Assembly (NCBI GenBank): GCA_022813965.1
Contig: JALDZS010000133.1
Location: 51,512 to 71,511, forward strand
DNA length: 20,000 bases
Source of the DNA: Toensbergia leucococca
Taxonomy: Eukaryota
Direction of reading: 5' to 3'
The notes beneath the pieces are model-generated. The model ran no database searches. It saw nothing but the letters and a program-made list of their open reading frames with translations, and was not told where the DNA came from. A program made the position numbers and the translations under genes. Shown here one piece after another: positions 1-7,653 of this stretch (the stretch's first letter is position 1; the number at the start of each line of letters is the position of its first letter).

Positions 1-556
1 ATTGAAAATCATCGTCAGCTATCTTGCTGTACCCTGCTTTGCATGCTTGCCCACGACGCATTCCTTTCCCGACATGATAGTTGGAGATGGGAAAGTCGCA
101 CTCGGCTGTTCGAGATGGGTGGTCTTTGTAGACTTGGCTTCGGAGGGGAGTTTGTTCGTCTTGTTGACTTTTGCATATGTGACGTGCGGCCGTTGAGTAT
201 GTGCGGTACGAGTGAGTCTTTGTTTTTTGTTTCACACCTGCCATTACGTACAATCGGAAGATTTGTCTCGGTCATGTACCAAGACCTAACACTTTTATTT
301 TTTTCCCTTGGGAATTCGCCATTGCAGAAGTCGGAGAAAGTGATCGTATCAGGATAATGATATGATGTGTCGCTCATGTGATAGAATTCCATCTGGATAG
401 GAGACACAGGCTCATATCCATGCCTTGTGAAATAGCCACTGTCTTCTCCACGCACAATGTAGTCAACCCATCCGTTGAAAAAAAAATCTCGGCATCATCC
501 AATACCCCATCTCACTCATCCCTACTCCTTGAATGCAACCCGTCTTCTTGCCTCCA

Positions 557-1952
557 CTAAATATCTCCCCCGCTGCCCACATTCCCCTTGACTCCCTTGA
601 AATCCTTCGAAGACTCCGGCCCAAAAGACATCGGTAATAACTAAACCGCACGAATCATATCTCATTAGCCAGTATCCCCTTCTTGTTAGACTTACATCTG
701 CAGCTCTGTAACGAAGGGGCAGACTTTATCACGATGACGATCTGATGGGGTAGAGATAACAGCCGGGCCAAGAACTCAAGATGATTTTTGAGCCTGGGAT
801 AGGAGAACGAAGCCGAGGGCGCAAAAGTGGAAAATTGAGTAGAATGCAGAAATACCTCATCTAGCGTTTTGACAACGTAAGACCCTGACCCGTCGATCAT
901 GAAGATGGGAAGCGTCAGGGGGGCGAATTCTCGGATGCTGTTGGGGCTTTTAGAAGGAGAGGAATGACAGGGGAAAGATGTAGGCGATGGGTAGGAATTG
1001 AGAAGACGTACAACTGGCGGCACGAGCCACAAGGTGAGGCTTTATGAAGACCAGATGTTAGTGAGGTCATCGAAGAAGAGAGAATGTGAATGAAAAGAGG
1101 AAGAGAGCAGAAGCAGGGCGTAAAAGGAGTGAAAGGAACGAAAGAGATTAATAGAGACAGAAAGAGCGGCCGCAGCAACCATCACACAATTTCTCTCCCT
1201 CGCCCATTCATCGCTCCAGTTCTAGGTTCCGCAACAGAAATGTCTGTCCCTCAACAGTTGACAGCGTAGTGTCGGCCGAACAGAATGATTGTGAAGGGAG
1301 TATGCAGTAGCCGCATCCCACCCCAACGAAGCAAACCACAAAAGTAAATCCAAAGAAAAGCAGCAATCATACCCGGCCCCGACGCATCCGTAGCCACAGC
1401 CAGCGCCTTAAAATGACCATGTCCCTCCGCCTATCAAACCCATCAGCCTCCATCCCCCCCCCCCCTCTCCCACCTCCCTCAACAAAAGAACCAAAACCCA
1501 GCCAAAAAAAGTCATAGAGAAACACAAAAAAAAAACAACCACAAAAACTAACCACAGCCCTCCCAACAGCACAAACCTCGGCACAGATCCCAACCGGAAA
1601 GGCCGCATTCTCCACATTCACCCCCGTAATCACATTGCCCGCGTGCGTGAGGATGGCGCACCCGACGCGGAAATTGGAGTAGGGACCTGATGCATATTTT
1701 TAAACGTTGGCTAGGTATTAGCCTAGCCTAGGGGCCTAGGGCCGGTGGGGGGGAGGGGATCCTAGAAGGGTAAAGTGGAGAGAGAGGGTTTGACATAAGT
1801 GAAAGGGAGAAGGAGGACTTGCAGTGAGCGCGGGGTTTGATGTCGATTGCGGCGAGGGTTAGGGCTTGGAGTTGGTAGAAGGGAAGGGAGAATTGGGTTG
1901 CGGGGGTTTGGAGGTTGGGGATGGGGTGGGGGGTCTGAGGAGGGGTGGGCAT
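557..1952 (-). CDS. CDD1: Cytidine deaminase (homotetrameric Zn-dependent CDA type), ~171 aa, 6 exons
   Basis: Exons (minus strand) 1952-1823, 1686-1553, 1430-1373, 1039-1012, 937-856, 640-557 total 516 nt and stay in frame. Spliced protein has the CDA motifs in order: [27 protein letters not shown] (Zn Cys + catalytic Glu), [25 protein letters not shown]. Introns: GC..AG, GTTAGT..TAG, GTATGA..AAG, GTACGT..CAG, GTATTT..TAG. Confidence 0.93.
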
Positions 1953-2338
1953 TCTTGTTCTTGACTTATGAGGATTGATGGAGTTGGGGGTGATGGAGCG
2001 TGGTTGAGGGTTAGGGGTGGGGTGGGGTGGGTGAGATAGGGGGTTGGATGTTAAGGGGGGGAGTTGGTATTGTGGTATTAAAAAGGTATTGAATCTGAAG
2101 AGTGGAATGATTGGGTACGTTTACTTAGCCTCTATGATTTGTACGTCAGATGATATTTGAGTGAGTCGACTGCATTTTTGATACTCGTATTTTCCATGTT
2201 CCTCCCACCATGATGATTGTATTTGATAGGTTCAATCCGGAAACATCTGGTATTTTTCACGTTCCAAACCTCGTCAAAGTATCCAAGTCTATCCACAGCA
2301 AGCAAAATCCAAGGAAAGTATCCTACCCATTTGCCCCG

Positions 2339-3400
2339 TCATCCCCACCATCCTCGGAGACCCTCATATATAGCAAATATAAACGCAGAACTAGGAGCCG
2401 CTCTCATAACAGTGATACCACATCCCTGATAGAGCCCCTTTAAGCCCTGCTGCCTCCATAACGCTGCTCCCACGGCTCCAAAAGTTCGTCTCCCGCTACT
2501 GCTAGACGTTGATATTTCTTCCGTTTGCATGCGAGACTTAATTGTGTCGGCCGGGTAGAAAAGGAAGTTGTAGCTTACGCCTGCTATGGCGCCTGCAAAC
2601 ATCTGTTGCCACAAGGACAGTGTCGCGTTTGTGGCGGACTGAGGAGGTTTAGGATAGCTGTAGCGACGGAAGAGTGCTGATACCCCTTCGTAGCTACCAA
2701 ACCAAGCCGCCGAGCCTCCAGTTTCGCGGATCAGTGTTCCTAGCTGTCCGCGCCAGAATCCGAAGATGCCATTACGACGAAACACAGATGCAATGATCGA
2801 TAATGGGCCCGGGCCACGAAGAGTAGAAGCGCTGAGCGGGACTTGCATCTGGCATTTAACCAGTTCAATGGGTGTAAGTAGCAGACTTGTGAAAGCCCCA
2901 CTCGCCGCACCGCATAGAACGAGTGCGCCCAACGGCAGAGAAATACTTTCTTTAGATCGGAAGACTGTGGCTTGTAGCGCATTTTGCGCTACGCGGTAGC
3001 TAAAGAATAGACTACTGGTTTCAACTGCTGCGCCAAACAAAGGGGCGCTGATGCCACGATACAGACCTCGGATACCTTCAGTGCGGAATGCTTGCCGGAA
3101 ACAGTCCAACGGGCCGGCGTAGCGGAGTGGGAAATGATCTGGCTGAGATTGGAGACGCACTTTGACGGTGTCGAAGGGGTATTCGATTGTCTTTCCAATG
3201 ACGCCTGCGATCTGGGAAGAGATGTGTCAATTCATCGCTAAGCTTGCAACAGCGTGGCAAGGTGAGCTACTCACCGAACCAAATGTAATGTCTTTTAGCG
3301 CCTCTGTTCCTTGAGCATTTGTAGGAGTAGGCACCACCAACTTGATGTCATCATGGGAGTCGGCCGGTGTCGTGATCTGTCTTTCTGCGGCGTCAGTCAT
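2339..3400 (-). CDS. ORT1: Mitochondrial carrier family (SLC25) protein, ornithine carrier type (Ort1/Arg-13/AmcA-like), ~332 aa, 2 exons
   Basis: Exon 1 3400-3275 (MTDAAERQ...KDITFGS), intron 3274-3212 (GTGAGT..TTGAC..CAG), exon 2 3211-2339. Three carrier signature repeats PFDTVKVRLQ, PIELVKCQMQ, PADTIKSRMQ. The IEYPFD, GAAVETSSLF, IRETGGSAAWF and MRAAPSSA segments match the ornithine carrier subfamily as I recall it. Confidence 0.88.
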
Positions 3401-3726
3401 CGACTTCTGCGTATCACGCGCTTCTCCTTTTGCGAAATATAACAGATATAAAGGCCGTTCTTTGGGAGTCAGAACGGCCTGGAGGAGGTATTATTGAGCG
3501 ATCATTGCGGTCCTCTATGAGATGTATGCTTTGCCAATTAGCGGTGAGTAACAGAATGCAGTTTCTGAACTGAGCGAGTAGTCAGTCAGTGAATGGTCAA
3601 TGAAGTAGGCTTGGTGTGCGTATTCCTAAAATAAGGAAAGATTATGGATGTAAAGAAAAGCATGTCAATTCGGTGGGCTGGAGAAAAGTATGTAAACTGA
3701 AGGCTCGTGAAGTCCCTCGAATGACG

Positions 3727-3765
3727 GATGAGATAAGGGTTGCGGATCTAATCTAATCAGATAAG
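3727..3765 (+). promoter_or_regulatory. Paired GATA sites including a perfect ATCWGATAA (SreA/Fep1-type) box in the divergent ORT1-CGR1 promoter
   Basis: ATCAGATAAG at 3756-3765 and GATGAGATAAG at 3727-3737. The second overlaps a PAC-like GATGAG. Both lie in the 504-bp head-to-head intergenic region 3401-3904. Confidence 0.5.
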
Positions 3766-3904
3766 CCTAACCTACCCGAGTGGAAGCAATCTTCAAACCG
3801 AGTAATTCTAAACTTTCTTCCTTTGAATACAAGAACACCCAAACCGCCAGAGACCAAAGATAAAGAATTTCAAGTCATAAGAAGCTAATTCTTTCCCACA
3901 ATCT

Positions 3905-4394
3905 ATGGCTATGGCTACGGTTCCTGCAGTCCCGATGCCAGCACCATCGGCAGCGGTACCTGCGTCGTTGGGCATGCGAGAAAATGGTGCGCCCTCTTTT
4001 GCAGATCACGACATTAACCTTTGCTTCATATGCTCACATTCTCACAGGCAAACAGTGGCATGCTCAGAAGGCTGCCTTTCGACCCAAAGCTGGTCTTACC
4101 TCCTATACTAGACGTACTGAGGAGCGAAAATCGATGGCGACAATGAAAGCGAAGGAGAAGGAAATGAGAGACGAGAAAGAGGCCGAGAGACAGGTACAAC
4201 TAATGCGCTTTTGTACAAAGTGACCGTGCTGCTGACAATGTGCTTGATCGTAGCGACGAATACAAGCAATCAAGGACAAGAGGGCTGCTAAGGAGGAGAA
4301 GGAGCGGTACGAGAAAATGGCGGAGAAGATGCACAAGAAAAGAGTAGAGAGGTTAAAGAGGAGAGAGAAGAGGAATAAAATGTTGAAGTCGTGA
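3905..4394 (+). CDS. CGR1: rRNA-processing protein Cgr1/CgrA, ~122 aa, 3 exons
   Basis: Exons 3905-3986, 4048-4193, 4254-4394 total 369 nt. Spliced protein ...[18 protein letters not shown]...[62 protein letters not shown] is the characteristic Cgr1 sequence. Introns GTGCGC..GCTCAC..CAG and GTACAA..GCTGAC..TAG. Confidence 0.95.
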
Positions 4395-4704
4395 TACGTA
4401 GAGCATTGGGACAGGGCTTTCGCGTTGGTTGGCGTTATGGATGATACCATATAGCGTAGTGAATTCAACGACATTTTGATACTCGATATCCGTATTTCTT
4501 GCCTTGTCTGAATAGGCTATATTCTGCTTACCACTTCATCTGAGGCTCAATTGAAACGATCGTCAAAACACTTGTGTGACATAGCCTCATAGCCTTTGAC
4601 ATGATATCTAATGTCCTTTCCTTTACGGAGTAGCTTCTCTTTCCTTTGAATGCCTCGACATCTCGATCTGTGAAAAACTGCATCAAGACAAAACTCACCG
4701 TTCG

Positions 4705-5809
4705 ATGTCACGCCCTACCACACCGTCCTCTCCCGCCTTCCCTTCTTTCTCCAACACAGTACGGGCTTCTACGGCCCCAGCTAAATCCAAGCATCACATA
4801 CCCCACCATTCCCACCATCACCATCACCATCATAACCGCGAAAATAGCGTTCCCCAGCATACATTTTCCGCCAATGCTTTCGGTGACTTCCTTAATCCCA
4901 TTACGAGAATAGGCAGCAGGGGAAATGAGCTTGATTCACAGCAGCAAAGCAGGCCCCCAAGCCTGGTCCTTCGGGAAGCTCGAGAGGCTCGGGAAGCTAA
5001 GGCGAAGGAGGAGGAGCGGCAGACAAAGGAATGGGAACAAGTCAGTAGGCTGAGGGAGAAAAGAAAGGCAATGGATGAGTAAGTCTACCTGTTCTCAGCT
5101 GGAACAAATGTACCGCGTGTCTGTGAGAACAGTATGCCTGATACTGACAATCTTGATTAGAGAGCTACGCACATCCCTTCAGTCTCTTTCCAATCTTGGT
5201 ACTACGACCACTCGCCGCCTAGACTACACATATTACTCGCTGCTAGAGAAAGTCTCCAGCCTTGTCTCCAACATCGAAGACCTACGTGAACTCTCGAACA
5301 CCACAACATCACTACGGCAGGATTTCGAGATTGAGGCTAGAAATCTGGAGAAGGAGATTGCAGGTCAGGTCTCTGCGTTTGGCAACTTCGACACGCAACG
5401 GGTACGCATCGAAGGACTGGAGATGCGGATGAAGGAGGGGAGGGCAAAGGTCGAGGAATTAGGAGGTAGATTGGGAAAGGTGAGAAGTGGAGTGGAAGCT
5501 TGGGAGAAGAAAGAAGTTGAATGGCAAATTAGGACTAGCAGGAGGCTGAGAATGTTATGGGGCTCGATTGCGGGACTTTTGGGGCTTGCGGGGTTATTCA
5601 TCGTGTTGCTCATGTTCAAGCGGTGGGGAAAGAGAAGGCTAGATGCCGGTGAGGCCTGGAGCGTTGACAGAGGGGTGGGCGCAAATACTGCTCTGCCGGT
5701 GGGATTGACGGATGAGAGAATGGTCAAGACAAGCAGCACATCGAGAAGACCCCCAAGTAGTTCGACTATTCTGCCCGACCCCATCTTGCAGCTCTTTGAT
5801 GAGTTATAG
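4705..5809 (+). CDS. Uncharacterised fungal protein, ~340 aa, 2 exons: His-rich N-terminus, long coiled coil, one TM helix, C-terminal FDEL
   Basis: Exon 1 4705-5078, intron 5079-5160 (GTAAGT..ACTGAC..TAG), exon 2 5161-5809 total 1023 nt in frame, joining ORFs 4705..5082 and 5075..5809. Hydrophobic segment MLWGSIAGLLGLAGLFIVLLMF at 5552-5617. Confidence 0.85.
4792..4833 (+). repeat. CAC/CAT codon run encoding a His-rich tract (HHIPHHSHHHHHHH)
   Basis: Read directly in exon 1 of the 4705-5809 gene. Confidence 0.8.
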
Positions 5810-6226
5810 CGATGCTATGTAATTGGTACCTTTTGCAGCTCACGCTGGAAGCATGCGTAGTGATTTTCAGTGACCATTTTTAAGAACCAGATATTCTTGT
5901 GCTCGTATCTCGTCGACCAGCCAGGCCGAACTGCATCGCGCATGCATCACAGTATCTCAGAGCCAAAGATTAGTTACTTTATCTACGGCGGACTCGGATG
6001 CAGGGCACCTAACTGAGGCTGGATGACTGGGCCAAGGCCTCCCAAATATCTACGACAAAGCATTGTAACATCCATGTATACGATGGTTGTGACACGATCA
6101 ATAATACTACGAAAGAAACCGAACCCATCGAGACATGGATGACTTGAAATTACATGATATGCGAACGCCACAAGAACTCTTCTCCAAAGTCCCGCGTAAA
6201 GCGAAGAGCATTGATGAAAAGAGATC

Positions 6227-6367
6227 ATGCCCAGAAGGCCATCAAAAATTGCGCCAGCGAAGGCTCCGAAGAACATTCGACAACTCTTGTCTCCGCGATG
6301 TGCAATGCAGGACTTAAGTTATAACAGACCGTCTGCTTGATCACGGTTGTTCCAACAAGGTAAGTAT
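6227..6367 (-). ncRNA. U1: U1 spliceosomal snRNA (~141 nt)
   Basis: Minus strand reads ATACTTACCTT (5' splice-site recognition); stem-loop I AACA-ACCGT[GATCAAGCAG]ACGGT-C-TGTT (U1-70K loop); stem-loop II ATAACTT..GTC-CTGC[ATTGCACATC]GCGG-A-GAC..GAGTTGT (U1A loop ATTGCAC); stem-loop III CGAA-T-GTTC[TTCG]GAGC-C-TTCG; Sm site AATTTTTG at 6250-6243; 3' hairpin ATGGCC[TTCT]GGGCAT. All U1 elements are present in the correct order. The 3' end is approximate. Confidence 0.95.
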
Positions 6368-7653
6368 GAAGAAGAAAAGAGAAATAGGGAGGATGGAGCG
6401 TGTATAAGTAGCTGTGGGATGGTCTCCGGGTAAGTGATGTGACATTCGAGGGGTTAGGTTGGGGCCCTCAGGGCGGAAGTGCCGCCGGCTTCGCTTATGG
6501 AGTTTGATGTTTGTTGCTTCTGTTATTTGTATTAAGATGGTTTCAACAAAGCACAGGTGCCTCAGAATGAGTTGAAGGAGGAGTGTATGTGAGAGTGACC
6601 AAGCAATAAGATCCATCCTCTCCAAAATCAACCTAGCTCTAAGACTATCACTTGTCCTCTGAACCAGAGCAGAATTACCGGTACTATGCTAATATCGAGA
6701 GACACCGCTACCACTCTTCACACTGACCCGAGGATCAAAACAGTTTCGTACTTCATACTTCGTAATTTCAGTGTATTGACATCAATTACGCATAGCAGAG
6801 ACTCGAAGATATCTTTGAAAAGCAAAAACACCTAGTAGAGTTGCCTTCTCTCTTCTCTTCTTTCCCAATCGTACGGGTCCTAAGATATACCAGCATTTCT
6901 TCCTCTACACCTATCAATCCCCTATCCCCATCAGCGAGGTAACCAAGTCTCATTAGTCTCTCCATTCGCTCTCCCAAATCCCTTTTACTCCATACCCATC
7001 TCACCCGTCCCTCAACCATCCAGACCTCAAACAGCCAACCTCACCATCTTCCCACATTCTCTCCTTTCCCCTCCCCCCATTTTCCTCCCCTAAACCCGAT
7101 TCCCTCAAAGTCCACATTCCACAAAACCACAGCGCACAAAAAATATCATCCGCCTCGACCTCACAGCCAGCATAATCAACGAACATGATACCTGGCGCAC
7201 GTAAATCCCGTTCTTACACTTAGCCCGACCAAGTCCAAGTGAGATACATTAGTCGCAGTCAACCCGGAAGAATACACATACCTGCACAGAACGCATATAA
7301 AAACAACCTCAATCCACCGCGAGGCATCCCGAGGCATTTGGGGCAAAACATCAATTGTAAGGTAGATGCGAGCCGAAATTCCGCTCCTTTCATCACTAAC
7401 ATCCAAAAAACGAGAATGGTGGAAAACGCCTCAATTGACGCCGTACAGCTCGGATATTTGAAGAGAGTATAGGTTGCTGGAAATTTGATACCTCACGTCG
7501 ACTCCGCAATTCAGGGTAGAAGGACAAAATAGACTTAATTGGGTATCTTAAAAAATGGCTATCAGAAATTCGCTCTGCATCGGTTTTACACGCGATCATC
7601 CCTAGCCAACAAGAATTGATCCTTCCAACAACTGCAAAGTAAGCCGACAGACC

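Noticed and set aside
15..455. 146-aa minus-strand ORF and overlapping + strand ORFs downstream of CDD1
   Set aside because: Non-ATG start, no recognisable motif, and only ~100 nt after the CDD1 stop. It cannot be excluded as part of a gene leaving the window, but nothing supports it.
1454..1465. C12 run, with nearby A runs, in CDD1 intron 2
   Set aside because: Simple intronic homopolymers consistent with local strand skew.
2229..2240. GGTTCAATCC resembling a tRNA T-loop (also GGTTCGA near 10897)
   Set aside because: No T-stem pairing and no cloverleaf around either site.
4103..4474. 123-aa hydrophobic minus-strand ORF
   Set aside because: Antisense shadow of the Lys/Glu/Arg-rich CGR1 coding sequence.
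5983..6631. ORFs 5983..6276, 6135..6317 and 6341..6631, and a perfect donor-like AAGGTAAGTAT on the + strand
   Set aside because: They overlap the U1 gene, and the apparent donor is just the complement of the U1 5' end.
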